A stretch of 63,817 bases of DNA, filler included, from Octopus bimaculoides (taxonomy: Eukaryota): assembly GCF_001194135.2 (NCBI RefSeq). It is 7 parts of 6 records of this genome, joined end to end, with 100 filler letters (N's around TTAATTAATTAA, not from the genome) between each part and the next. Parts side by side here need not be neighbours in the genome. Positions count along the whole stretch, not along the records: positions 1 to 8,951 come from NC_068994.1; positions 9,052 to 15,511 come from NC_068985.1; 5 more parts are not named here. One strand, written 5' to 3'. The notes under the pieces were generated by a model that worked only from the letters and a program-made list of their open reading frames with translations, did no database searches and was not told where the DNA came from. Below, piece by piece: positions 1-12,406 of this stretch. The position numbers and the translations under genes are program-made. Position 1 is the first letter of the stretch. The number at the start of each line of letters is the position of its first letter.

Positions 1-252
1 GCCCCTGGACTGGCTTGTGCGGGTGGCACATAAAAGACACCATTTCGAGCGTGGCCGTTTTCGTGCGGGTGACACGTAAAAGCACCCACTACACTCTCTG
101 AGTGGTTGGCGTTAGGAAGGGCATCCAGCTGTAGAAACTCTGCCAAATCAGACTGGAGCCTGGTGTTGCCATCCGGTTTCACCAGTCCTCAGTCAAATCG
201 TCCAACCCATGCTAGCATGGAAAGCGGACGTTAAACGATGATGATGATGATG
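1..252 (+). mobile_element. 3' part of a SINE/LINE-tail repeat ending in a (GAT)n tail
   Basis: GGCGTTAGGAAGGGCATCCAGCTGTAGAAAC...CCATGCTAGCATGGAAAGCGGACGTTAAAC followed by (GAT)n; CpGs retained, so probably young. Confidence 0.7.
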
Positions 253-941
253 ATGACTACAATAGTTAAAGAGTTTTCCTTTGTATTCGTGATAGAAAAC
301 AAGTGTTCATAATACATAAACAATATAAAAAGATGAAAGATGTGGGAATTTTTCTGGTGTTCTGCTTTGACACAGATGTGTGGAGCAGCTTCATTGTTAT
401 AGACATGTAAATTATGAGCAATACATGAAAGGTATATACATGGCATCCCCAATTAGACAATGATCTAATGTCAAAATCAGACTACTCCAAATCTTCTAAC
501 TACTATGTTATCATTGGTTACTGGCTAAAACGATTTTATTCATTATATTGATTTGAATAAAATTTACTAATTTATGTGACGGTATAGCTTCTTTGGGATG
601 CTTTCAAATCAGGCAAAGATTATTAAACGTTCTAAAGACTTTTGGATAAAAAAATTATAAGGGGAGGGTAGCTTCAAAAGAAGTTTACATGCACAAAACC
701 AAACAGTATTTCATTGTCATAAGAGAAAAGTTATATACCTCTATAGAGTGGAAGGGGACTAAATCTTCCTTAATATCAATTAGTAGAACAAGCTTGCTGG
801 ATATAGCTGAAAAAGTTCTCTCAAATAAAAAAAAAAAGGCAACACTTATGGTGCTATCTACTGTATTATTATTATTATTATTATTATTATTCATATGCTT
901 AGCGGTATTTGGTCCATATTCATGTTCTGAGTTCAAATTCT

Positions 942-1501
942 GGGATCTTTTTTAAAACGGGGGCCACATTTTTCATTAATGTTTTACGTAGTGTTTTTGG
1001 TACGGAAAGACTTTCAAACTTCGTATACTTATCTATTTTGTGTTATAAAACAGAAAAATATTTTTGTATTCGAATTTATTTCATGTAAAAAATTGTCTTA
1101 TTTCGATAATTTCAACCAATCACTGACGTCCATTCAGCCGATATACATTAAGTGCCGACTACATAAACAAATGATTCTTCGTTTTATTTGCTTTTTTCAT
1201 TTTAAATTTGCTTTAACCCTAACCCTAACCCTAACCCCAACCCTAGGGTTAGGGTTAGGGTTAATTGTTTCAGAATCGTTTGTTTATGTAGTCGGCACTT
1301 AATGTATATCGGCTGAATGGACGTCAGTGATTGGTTGAAATTACAGAAATACGACAACTTTAACATGGAATAATTTATGGATTTCTTTTTTTTTTAAGAA
1401 GACTAAGAGAAAAAGATGTTTTATATGACACATTCTACCAGTGTTCCAAGTTTCAAAGTGTTTCGTTAATGAAAAATGTGGCCCCCGTTTTAAAAAGATC
1501 C
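942..1501. mobile_element. Non-autonomous fold-back DNA transposon (MITE), possibly Merlin-like
   Basis: Terminal inverted repeats 943-979 and 1466-1501 (one indel); inner inverted repeat 1107-1178 and 1272-1343 (72 nt, one mismatch); flanking direct repeat (C)AAATTCT at 934-941 and 1501-1508. Confidence 0.85.
1214..1262. repeat. Inverted telomere-like array, (TAACCC)x5 then (AGGGTT)x3
   Basis: Read directly; one unit is CAACCC; symmetry centre CCCT|AGGG at 1244/1245. Confidence 0.95.
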
Positions 1502-2039
1502 AAATTCTGCTGAGGTCGACCTTGCCTTTCATCTTTACGGGATCAATAAAATAAGTACCAGGTGAGTGCTGAGGTTGATGTAACTGACTACTTCCCTCCC
1601 ACCAAAATTCAGGCCTATAGTTGAAAGGATTATTATTGTTGATGTTGTTGTTGTGATTATTACTATCCACATCATCATCATCATCAAATGAGTTGTGTCG
1701 AAACATTAGAGTAACAGACTTAATGCTGCCTGATATCAAGGTCTTTTGATATTTAGAGTTTAAATTCTGCCTTTGTGCTTAAAATGGACTCTCACCTAAC
1801 CAGGTTTTAATTCCCAATTATTGTTATCTCACTTTATATTGCAAATGTTCTTGACAAAAAAGCCATGAATATCACATAGTCATGCTTTTCTTTGCTATAA
1901 ATCTGAAGACCTGTCATTATATTGGGAAAATTCAAGCAGTTGAACAAAATGACTGAAACTTTATCAACTAAACTGTGTTCAATCTAATTTTCAGGTATTC
2001 ACATATACATGGATTGTTGTTGTCTGGTGTTTTGCGTGT

Positions 2040-2049
2040 CCACACGCAC

Positions 2050-2094
<45 letters not shown>

Positions 2095-2143
2095 TACATA
2101 CATATATAAATACATATATATATACACATACAAATACATATAC

Positions 2144-2208
<65 letters not shown>

Positions 2209-2230
2209 CACACATATACACACACACACA
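2040..2230. repeat. Compound (CA)n/(TA)n microsatellite, representative of dozens in the window
   Basis: Read directly; explains the CV/HT/IY-repeat ORFs. Confidence 0.95.
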
Positions 2231-3485
2231 TTTATCTATCACACTAACCTTTATCATAAATGCAAAACTTGTTTGATTTAACTGTATATTTGTCTATGTG
2301 TGCATTTATGTATAGATGTTTGTGTATGTTAGTGTTTGTATGTTTCTATATGTGTACTTGTGCGGATATACATTCAACTAGTCCTCCATTATTTCTATAC
2401 ATGCATATCTAAGCACACAGCTGTCTTTTGTCTCTATATTTACATTTATGCGTCTCTGATTTGATTATCTCTCAAGGAGATTTCATTAATGCAAGCTATT
2501 TTCATGAATTTAGCTATCCTCTTTACTTCTGACCTCTTCAACTTTTCCATCTTAATGCCAGGATTGTCTTCTTACATATGTGGTTTTTAATTAAAAAAAT
2601 ACAATGAATACTGAGAAACAGGAAAATGGTGTTGGTTAGTTGTAATATTCAAATAAATTTAAAATTACAATGACTGATAAAGTTATGACACCATGAAAGG
2701 AACAACCTACCAAAGCTTTCTAGGCAAAGACACGTTGATCTCAGCACAATTCCAGTCATAAGCTACAACAGAAACTAAGTGTAATTTGCAGGCTTTCTGA
2801 CTAGTTATCATGACAAATACTTGGTACTGTTCTCATTGACCCCTTTGCTTGTAATAATTCAATAACCAGATATATCTGATCTCTTTTCTGTGAATTTTCT
2901 CCCTATGTATACTTGAAACATTTCTCTGACACTATTGTTAACTATTCTCATTTACTATTTGGTGTCAGTATCCTTATTGAGTCATTCCCAGTTAATAGTT
3001 GAGTGCTTAGTGACTGGAACAATATTTTACTGTAAAAACATTTACTTTTGTATTATGCAAATATTCAACTTTGTAACAATTCGCTCATGGAGGAGAGAAT
3101 AACGCTTGACATATAAGAGAGTGTGTGTGTGTGTGTGTATGTACACACACACACACACACACACATGCATGCATGCACATACACACATATGTACATACAC
3201 ACACAACACATACATATTTATTTCATTTTAATAGCATCTGTAGTATATAGCCATATTAGCTGCATATACAAATAAAGGTGACATCTCTTAAAATCAAATC
3301 TTCATACAAACAACTTCAGAAATAAGCATATCTTTAATGAGAAAGAATGAGTGATGTGTGTGTGTGTGTGTGCGCATGCATGCAATGTGTATACTTAGCA
3401 TGGACACTTCTCTGAATGGTGAGACATATGTACTTGTCAGAAATGTCAATTTGATATTCAGATGCTTCAATTAATTTTATATATG

Positions 3486-3524
<39 letters not shown>

Positions 3525-4720
3525 ATTCAATGTAGTTCACAGAATTCTGAGCATCTATCTATTTTGAAAGTGTCCAGAAAAATATATGCCAAAAGCCATT
3601 ATATAGCATTTTTAAATTTTCAGAATATTTCATTATAGAAAAGTCAATACAGAAATAAATAGTACAGAGTGCATAGCAGCCATGCATGAAATGAAACAAA
3701 TATTGAATGAAGCAATATACACACATAAATCTGTCTCTGTAACTGATAAACTTCTCAACAAGCCTCAAACATAATTTAAGTTTTCCAAATTTATTGAAGC
3801 ATCATTTTTTTAAAATTATATCTCTTTTTTTATTTGGTGAGAATTTATTTTAGCACAGTAGCTAATATCTACACTCAGTAAATATCTACTTCGTTCTTGT
3901 CAATAGTTTTACTACATTTTCTAAAACAACAAACACTTTCTCAGATGTAATTTTTACCCAACTGATGACCTGTGGTTAACATACTTGGAGTTTAAAGAAG
4001 AAAGAAAACATTAGAAGCTTGTTTGATATGATTCTACCAAAATTTCAGCATAAACTAGAAATAAGTTTCGATTGTCCAATTAAAACGGAACAACCTTTCC
4101 TCATAGAATTCATAAACCCCTCAACTGTGCATTACTGACATTGTTTTACTATAGATATCACCTCTGTAAAACTAAAATGCGACATCATAATTTAGAACAG
4201 AAAATGTTTTAGAAGTTCTTTTAAATTCAGTTACTCAGGTTCATTTTACTACACAAAATACAATCAAAAATTATTTTGCCAGTTTGACAATATAGAAGCT
4301 TACTTCCCTCTATCTCTGTTATCTGAAATGAAAAGTGGATGTGTGAGCGTGTGTGTGTGTGTGTATGCCAGAAGATTTATATTGTACATAGATTGATGTC
4401 TGCAATGTGAGCTTGTTAATCTGATATCAATATGATCTAATGGATTTGATGTTGCACCTAACAGTGAAGGGAGCTGCTTAGAAGCTAATGTAATTGACTT
4501 GACATCAGAAACTGAGTTTATAAATTGGTGTCATAGAGAGTTGCTATTGAGTCATAGACCTTAGCTTAAGGCTACTACCCAGCATGATTGCTTCCATGGA
4601 GTAGGTTTCACTTCAATAAAGATTTGTCAAGATCTTTTACAGTCACTTTTACAATTTATTTATGATTGATGAAGATATTGTATAGCTTTTATGTCAATAT
4701 CAGGTTTTGTTATTTTTCAG

Positions 4721-4786
4721 GAATCTACAATTTCAACCCAAGTATGTCCCCAAATTTTATGAAGAAATATCAACAGCACTGCTGAG
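4721..4786 (+). other. Weak candidate 66-nt internal exon (NLQFQPKYVPKFYEEISTALL)
   Basis: Acceptor GTTTTGTTATTTTTCAG ends at 4720; donor GAG|GTATCT at 4787; one open frame, symmetric phase 2-2; peptide not recognised. Confidence 0.2.
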
Positions 4787-7700
4787 GTATCTCTTTAGAA
4801 GTTACTTCTCCTGAAGGTATAAGTCTCCTTGATGCAGATATCTAATTAACAAACATTGAACAACAATGGGATTCCTTTCAGCAATAAACTGGAAATTAGT
4901 TTTATCTTAGATTCTCTGCATTGATGCATAAAAGAACTTTTACTTTGAACAATTATATATCAAGTGTCCACATCTCAAATTCTATTTCTTCCACTGTTTG
5001 TTGGCAAAGTGGATGATAGTGGAGGGAAGGTAATATATGCATTTCGCTTAGAAGGTAATAAAAATTCCAAGATTACTTGAAAAAATAAAGTTACTATGAT
5101 AGAATTATATTGCTAACATTGTTTAGTAAACATGTACATAGTACTATGAACAACAAGAATTATCATTTCGTTCACCACAACTTTAAAATGAACAGCCAAA
5201 AGATTTTTTTAAACTCTGAGAAAATGAAAATGTAAAAAATAAAATATTCATTTGTAAATACAACGACTGTAATCTCTAATTGTCCAACACATTCTAAGTC
5301 ATACTGTCTGGGTTAAGATACTTGCTGAATTTTGGTTCATATTACTTCTTTGTTGCTTAATCAATCTTTGTATACAATGAGAAAACATCATGGAAGGAAA
5401 AAAGAAAGACAAAGAAACAGAAAAAAAAAAGAAAAAAACTAAACTCACGTGAAACTACAATTGTCAAAAATCAAAGCCAATTCTACACATATTCTGATAT
5501 TCATGATATATAATCCATTTACTATGTAATCTAATTTGACATTTATTCTATTTGATATATAATCCCTTTGATATCAATAATCTAATTTCATATGTAATCC
5601 TTTGTAATCAATTGAAAATTGAAACATATATTGTTTGTAAGTTGTCAAAAATAGTTGCATCAGATGTTCTTTCTAAAGCTAGCTTTGGTTAATGTATATT
5701 TTTGTTGATGGAAACTTTCTGCAATTCACTTCTGTTGTCATCAAAAGGATTTATCTATGGAAATATTGTATATCTAAATGGAACAGCAACAAATATAAAA
5801 AAACAAAAAAAAGACAGAGCTAAAAGAATTTCCATCAGACAAAAGGTCTGTGCAAAACAATGCATGTTTGAGATTCTTATCACTTGTCATGTGTGATATT
5901 ATTGAATGATAGTATGTGATAATACATTGTAATACTCAGTTTACTGACAAGAAGATCATTAAACTAACACAACATTTACTAACTTATGAACTGCATACAA
6001 CTGTATCTCAGTTAAAAAATAAAACTGTGATGTAGAAATCAAAAACATGACTATTTATACAAGCAAGCTAACAAGAAAAACAATAATAATGGTGGCAGTG
6101 GTAATGGTGGTGATGATGATGATGATGATGATGATGACTAAAACAACAATATCAACAACAATAATGCAGTCACTGATATTTGCAATGATTTTATAAGAAT
6201 TTTCCTACACTCCCCTTCCCCCTTACTTTTCCTAAAAGCAGATTTTTTTATGTAAATATTTTGTTATTCCCTATACAAAGCAATAGTTCGTGAGCAAATG
6301 CTTCCAGTGTGCGTGATATTCAGGGAAAACAGTGTTGTTAATAGAGCTTGGAGCTTATTGATTGCTACAAATTGTTTATAACACGGCTTAAAGTCTATCC
6401 TATTACCAGCAATAAAAAGAAAAGAAAAATGTTTGTGTTGAAAACAAGAAGCAAACAATTGTAAATAGAAGAAATGGAAAATAAATATACAAATAAAATA
6501 AGAAATAGCAAGTGAATGTAATGTTTTAAAATTTATTTTTTTATTGAAATTTCACAAATGAAAATATTTATTAGAAAATGTATAAAAATTGATGTTATAC
6601 ACAGGAATATTTGTAAACATGACATGCAAAAAATTTGATAAAATAATAACTGGTGGTGGTAGTAGTGATAGCTGTACTAGTGACAGAAGTTAATAATAAC
6701 AACAACAATGATGATAATGATGATGACGACGACGGCGACAACTACAATGATGATGACAACGATGATGATGATGATGATGACAATAGTAATAATTTTTCAA
6801 TATATTGATTTCAAAACACAGCAACAGATTTTAATGAATAATATTATATAATAGTTGAGTTTTGAACAATTAGGAAGAAGGGGTAGGAGAAATTATTGAA
6901 TAGTAATCTTTTCACAAATGGACAAAGAAATTATTTTATCAAAAAAAAATAATCAATGCTTAATACATTCCTCTCTATCATTTTTGTTCTTTTTATCTTA
7001 TTATTTCCAATAAAAATATAAATCTGAGAGAGGGCTTTGTTTCAATGTTGCCTTGAGTTGCACGAATGGAGTGGGTAAAGAAAGTAAATAAAAGAAAGTA
7101 TAATAGAATAATGGGGTGGTGGATATAACCCAAAATTGATAATGATAATATTAGCTGCTAAACAAACAAGGTAAAAGAGAGGAGATGTAAGGGAGAGGAA
7201 AGGCAGAAGGAAAGAAGTCAGTTTGAACACCTACTTTGAACTTGAACTTAATCTGAAAGCTAGGGTCAAAACAGGAATAATAGCAGTATCTTATTAAGAA
7301 AAGCAATAATATAAGGGATGGGGGAAAAGGAAGGGAGTGGAAAGAAGCAGCAGTGAAACAAAGTACATTGAAGTTTTATTCTAGATTGAATCCCCATTTG
7401 GAAAGTAATATTGAAATGTGGAGGTGAATGGCATGGGAGGGTTATAATAGTTTTAGAAATAAGTAAATAGAATTATGTTTTAGCACAGCATAGTTTTCTT
7501 TATTCCTTTTGTTTGTCTTTCACTAACTGGATTTGTTGAGAAGTTCAACAATAGCTTGGAAATGAGGCTCCTAGTTTTCTTCCCACATCAGCTTGGCAGT
7601 TGAAGGCAGGAATCGACTGCAAGTCAAACCCCACCTTCCTATCCCACCCCACCTCATTTCACAAAGACTTGCAGAAAAACTCACTCAGCTATTTACAAAT

Positions 7701-7797
7701 ACAGTAACACCATACATATATCTATGTAAGTCTACTTACACACTCACACACAGATTGAGAAATACTTGCAGAAATGCACAACACCTTGCTGCAGTAG

Positions 7798-7949
7798 CAG
7801 CCTCCCACTGGCCGACACAACTCCTCTGAAGCATCAACACACAGTCACTCTCACACACTACTGCAGCAGCAGTTACATTGGAAATCTACACCAGGATACA
7901 CTTCTCCAGTCACAGCCAGCAACAAAGGATTAAAACAATGCAGGTAAGT
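7798..7949 (+). other. Candidate host exon ending ATG CAG|GTAAGT (5' boundary undefined)
   Basis: AAAACAATGCAG|GTAAGT: ATG at 7938, perfect donor at 7944-7949, T-rich intron-like sequence after it, C/A-rich non-repeat sequence before it. Confidence 0.35.
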
Positions 7950-8893
7950 CTTACCTTAATTCTAACTCTTACTTTAAATTTAACTTGTTTATAGCTTTAT
8001 CAAAATTAAAGAAAAAATGTTCTTTTCACTTTATATTAATAACAACGATCATTCTCAGCAATCTATTTTCAAAATATAAATTTAATCTTATGTTTGTTTC
8101 TTCATCTTTTAAAATTTTGTTTTTACTTAAGTAGCCAGTAATAAATGACTACTGAAGGAAAAATATCATGAAGATATCATTTTCTACTGTTCTACATTTT
8201 TTCTTAATTTGAGAAGAATATTTGTTTTAACTGTTTGGCAGTTTTCTACTCTTCACTTTTTAAAAAGTTTATTGATCAGTAAGCATGGGTGGGTGATTTC
8301 TTAAAAGCTTTGTTTGAGAGGATGTGTTAACAACGGATACATATTCCCACTGACAGGTGATATCTGACCCTCTGCACTGCCTGTCTATGCAGGGGCATCT
8401 CAAGTCAAAGTCAAGCAAATAATATATTCCCTAACTGTTACACTATCACTTACAGGAACTGGATGGTTATGGTGGGGATGGTGGTTGGGGGTGCAGCTAA
8501 AAGCAAGTGGTGGGGGAGAAATGGAAAACAAGATGAACTAGTGTTGGTGGTACAAATAAACTGAGAATTACTTTACAAAAAAGAAAAAAAAAAATCAATT
8601 TCAGTTAAAAAATCGTTTTTAAATACATTAAAGATGTTTTATTGAGAGAGGGAAAGACTGCGGCTGTACTCAGAGTGTTCATAAATAGTTTTACACAAAA
8701 AACAAATTCATAAATCAAGTGATCCAAATTACCAGTGATCTTTCAAATATTTATTTTTATGAAGTCAAATATATGTATATACATATATGAAATGAGTGAG
8801 TACATAATAAAGATGATTTACAAACATATATATGTGTATATGCACATATGAATGTGTATATATATATATATATATATATGTGCGTGTGTGTAT

Positions 8894-8951
<58 letters not shown>

Positions 8952-10002
8952 NNNNNNNNNNNNNNNNNNNNNNNNNNNNNNNNNNNNNNNNNNNNTTAAT
9001 TAATTAANNNNNNNNNNNNNNNNNNNNNNNNNNNNNNNNNNNNNNNNNNNNGGGTCTTGTGCCTAGAGTAGAAAAGAATGTCTTGAGTTCCTGACAGCCA
9101 CTAATTTTGTTAACAATAACTGTTCGATCACATTATCCGCTTCTAATGCATTTCGATCTGTTAAAAGCGTATTTCAATAATTTATTTGTTTCCTTCATTT
9201 TTTTTTTTATAAATGTTAAAGCAAAAAAGGAGGATGGGCGAAGGTCAAGATCTATAAAACTATTTATTGAGGGAGATTTGGCACTTTTTTCTAGCTGATG
9301 GAACAACTGCATTGAGGCTATGTGGCTACTGTTAGTGAACGTTAAAGGGGGAAAAGTTGTTGACGGCCAAAGAAAAAAGAACCAGTTCAGTGTGGTTTGA
9401 AACCAGTCAAACCTGAACGGTTGTACCTTAAAACAAATTGAGAGGAGAGTGAATAAAGAGCGAAGTCATATATTGAAACTAAGAATCGTATGGAAGAAAT
9501 GCAAGTGATTCATCTAGACAAATGCCTGTTTATTAATGAAAACAAATAGTGTTTGTGTATTTGAAATTTGATATATTGTGTAAACATAGGAGGATAGAGA
9601 AAAGTTCGTAGGTACTTAATCTTTTATGTCTTTCATTTATTGGACTGCAGCCAGAGTTTTAGTCGAATAAATTGACCCTAGTATTATTTTTTAAAGTCTA
9701 GTACTGATTTAGTTTCTTTTGCTGAACCGCTACGTTGCAAACACGTAAGCAAATCAACACCGGTTGTCAAACAGTAGCCCCACACATACACATCCATTTA
9801 GTATTAACTGTCGGAGAAAATACCATTGAAGAGATTAATAATATATTTTTTAATTGGGTCGAGTTATTCTCTTGCTACTGTAGGGGCACAAGATTTTCAA
9901 AAAAAAAATGAAAGGATTGCATTTTGGAATTGGATCTCGAAGTACATATAAAGCTATAAATGATAGCAAGTAAATATTGGGATGAAAATATATATAAATA
10001 CA

Positions 10003-10161
10003 TACGACGGACTTCCACAGAGCTTCCGGCTACCAAATTCACTCACGCGGCATTGGTCGGCCCGAGCTAGAGTAAAATACACTAGTCAAATATGCCGCGC
10101 AGTGGGACTGAACTTAAAACCACATAGTTCGCTAAGCGAGCTTTTTAACCACACAGCCATG
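10003..10161 (-). mobile_element. tRNA-derived CORE-like SINE, 5' half
   Basis: Reverse strand reads TTCAGTCCCACTGCGCGGCATATTTGACTAGTGTATTTTACTCTAGCTCGGGCCGACCAATG; same family as 10450. Confidence 0.7.
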
Positions 10162-10449
10162 AAACAGTAATAACAAAAATATTTAAAATCCAGCACTCGA
10201 CTCTTGGAATTGTTTCCTCATTACTGTTTCTTATGATTTTAATTTAATCCTTTTTAATAAACAAAGCCAGTTGAAGGTGTCAACAACACTTAGGGTTGTT
10301 ATATTTGCTTTCAATCCAAGACTGGATATTATTTAGTGGTATGTGGATAACTTTCAAAACTTCTTGAAAATCTCAAACTCCCTGTCCATTTTTGGTTATT
10401 ATTTTCGAAAATCTGTTCTGTCCAGAGACAAAATATGGAAAAAACATAG

Positions 10450-10686
10450 GCAAGCGTGGCTGTATAGTAAGAAGCTTGCTTCCCAATAACGTGGTTCCGG
10501 GTTCAGCCGTACTGCGTGGTACTTGGGCAACTGTCTTCTGCTGTAGCTTTGGGAATGAATTTGGTAGACGGAAACAGAAATAACCTCATTGTGTGTGTGT
10601 GTGTGTGTTTGTCCTCCCACAACTGCTTGATAACCAGTTTTGGTATGTTTACGTCCTCGTCACTTAGCAGCTCGACAAAAGGAATC
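10450..10686 (+). mobile_element. tRNA-derived CORE-like SINE with internal (GT)n
   Basis: GGTTCCGGGTTCAGCCGTACTGCGTGGTACTTGGGCAACTGTCTTCTG...GGTAGACGGAAAC; runs into a gap. Confidence 0.75.
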
Positions 10687-11190
10687 NNNNNNNNNNNNNN
10701 NNNNNNNNNNNNNNNNNNNNNNNNNNNNNNNNNNNNNNNNNNNNNNNNNNNNNNNNNNNNNNNNNNNNNNNNNNNNNNNNNNNNNNNNNNNNNNNNNNNN
10801 NNNNNNNNNNNNNNNNNNNNNNNNNNNNNNNNNNNNNNNNNNNNNNNNNNNNNNNNNNNNNNNNNNNNNNNNNNNNNNNNNNNNNNNNNNNNNNNNNNNN
10901 NNNNNNNNNNNNNNNNNNNNNNNNNNNNNNNNNNNNNNNNNNNNNNNNNNNNNNNNNNNNNNNNNNNNNNNNNNNNNNNNNNNNNNNNNNNNNNNNNNNN
11001 NNNNNNNNNNNNNNNNNNNNNNNNNNNNNNNNNNNNNNNNNNNNNNNNNNNNNNNNNNNNNNNNNNNNNNNNNNNNNNNNNNNNNNNNNNNNNNNNNNNN
11101 NNNNNNNNNNACACCAGCTGAAAGACATATTTATTTTTCTGAAAGTTACGAGGAAACAAAGTTGGAACAGAGGCTAATTTATATATTTTG

Positions 11191-11412
11191 TAAGGTGGCG
11201 AGCTGGTAGACTCGTTAAGAAAGCTGGGCAAAATGATTAGCGGCATTTCGTCCGTCTTTACGTTCCGATTTCAAATTCAGCCGTGGTTCACTTTGCCTTT
11301 CATCCTTTCGGGGTCGGTAAAATGAGTACTAGTTGTGCACTGGGGTCGACGTAATTGACTTGACCCCTCCTCATCCGAACTGACTGGCCTTGTGTCAAAA
11401 TTTGAAATCAAT
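11191..11412 (+). mobile_element. Meta-domain-like SINE, near full length
   Basis: Head AAGGTGGCGAGCTGG, central TTTGCCTTTCATCCTTTCGGGGTCGGTAAAATGAGTAC, tail GGCCTTGTGTCAAAATTTGAAATC. Confidence 0.8.
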
Positions 11413-11415
11413 ATT

Positions 11416-11499
11416 GGCCTGAAGAGTAGTTTGCGGTTTACTCCTCGTTTGGATAATTACTACTTCATAGGTTCCGCTAGCTATGAAACATATGGGGCC
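11416..11499 (+). ncRNA. Degenerate type I hammerhead ribozyme motif (Penelope-type)
   Basis: GGC-CTGAAGA-GTAGTTTGCGG...CCGCTAGCTAT-GAAAC-ATAT-GGG-GCC; stem II 10 of 11 bp with wobbles; cleavage triplet mutated. Confidence 0.5.
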
Positions 11500-12167
11500 T
11501 GGGTTTTATCTACTCCGTTCCTTAATTTTGGATTCATAAATTACATATTAGAAGAGAAAGGCTTGAGAATTTACAGTATAAAAATTCTACGAGTGTTGAA
11601 CATTTAAATCTAACCTACCTGAAAATACGGAGCTTCATCACAGGATGTCATCAGCTGAAATAAACTTTTACGCCACATTTTTCTCCAGTTTGTGAGAAGC
11701 TTGTTTTAAGAAACAGGAACTAGCAACTATTTTCATGTGCCTTTAATAAATAATAAATGCATTCTAACAAAGTTCACCGTTAATGTACGGAAATATGAAA
11801 CGAGTTCAAAAGTCGTTTAATTTCATTTCGAGCACAATTGTTAGTTTAAAATATAGAATATTCCAATAGAATATTCAAATATCTATTTAAATAAACAATG
11901 ACAAAACTTTCGTCATCTCACCTTTGTTACTGTTGAAAAATATATATGAAAAAGAAGTTTACTTTTTATTGATCTTTAAACTTCATATATCTTAATAAAT
12001 TGGTATTATTTTCAAATAACTCCCAATGACTCAACAAAAAATATACTGTGAGCAAGCATAGTCTTGTTTCAAAAAGTGTTGATTGATGAACGTCTAAGCA
12101 GATGGACTTCCATTCAACATTTTTTTTGGAGCTATACTGCAATACAACATATAATATTTAACAGATA

Positions 12168-12376
12168 AAGGTGGCGAGCTGACAGAATAGTTAGAACGTT
12201 GGGTAAGATGCTTAGCGACCTTTCTTCCTACGTTACGTTCTGAATTCAAATACAGGTTGGATCAACTTTGCCGTTCATTCTTTCGAGGTCGATAAAATAA
12301 GTAGCAGTTGAGCACTGGCGTCAATGTAATCGACTTAGCCCGAAATTGCTGGTCTTGTGCTAAAATTTGAAACCAA
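12168..12376 (+). mobile_element. Meta-domain-like SINE
   Basis: Same head, central and tail motifs as 11191. Confidence 0.8.
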
Positions 12377-12406
12377 TATTTACAGATGAAGGCGGCAAGT
12401 TGGTAG

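Larger units (their letters stand above)
897..1612 (+). mobile_element. tRNA-derived SINE (Meta-domain-like) split by a MITE: 897-941 and 1502-1612
   Basis: Removing 942-1501 restores GTTCTGAGTTCAAATTCTGCTGAGGTCGACCTTGCCTTTCATC...ATAAAATAAGTACCAG, the motif also seen at 11191, 12168, 35325 and 61030. Confidence 0.8.

Noticed and set aside
1214-1262. Head-to-head telomere repeats as an ancient chromosome fusion site
   Set aside because: The array is only about 50 bp and is the centre of a TIR- and TSD-bounded element.
4298-4340. 19-nt minus-strand micro-exon (ttttcatttcag...GAA|gtaagc)
   Set aside because: Such site pairs are common by chance in AT-rich DNA, the length is not a multiple of three, and it opposes the strand of the other candidates.
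8996-9007. TTAATTAATTAA inside N-runs (also at 15556, 44343, 51794, 58862 and 61769)
   Set aside because: Each sits centred in a gap of about 100 nt (44 N on each side where counted) and reads as stops in all frames; it is an assembly join marker, not biology.
11632-11665. CTGATGA-CATC-ctgt-GATG on the minus strand as a hammerhead
   Set aside because: GAAA, helix III and the cleavage site are not recoverable.
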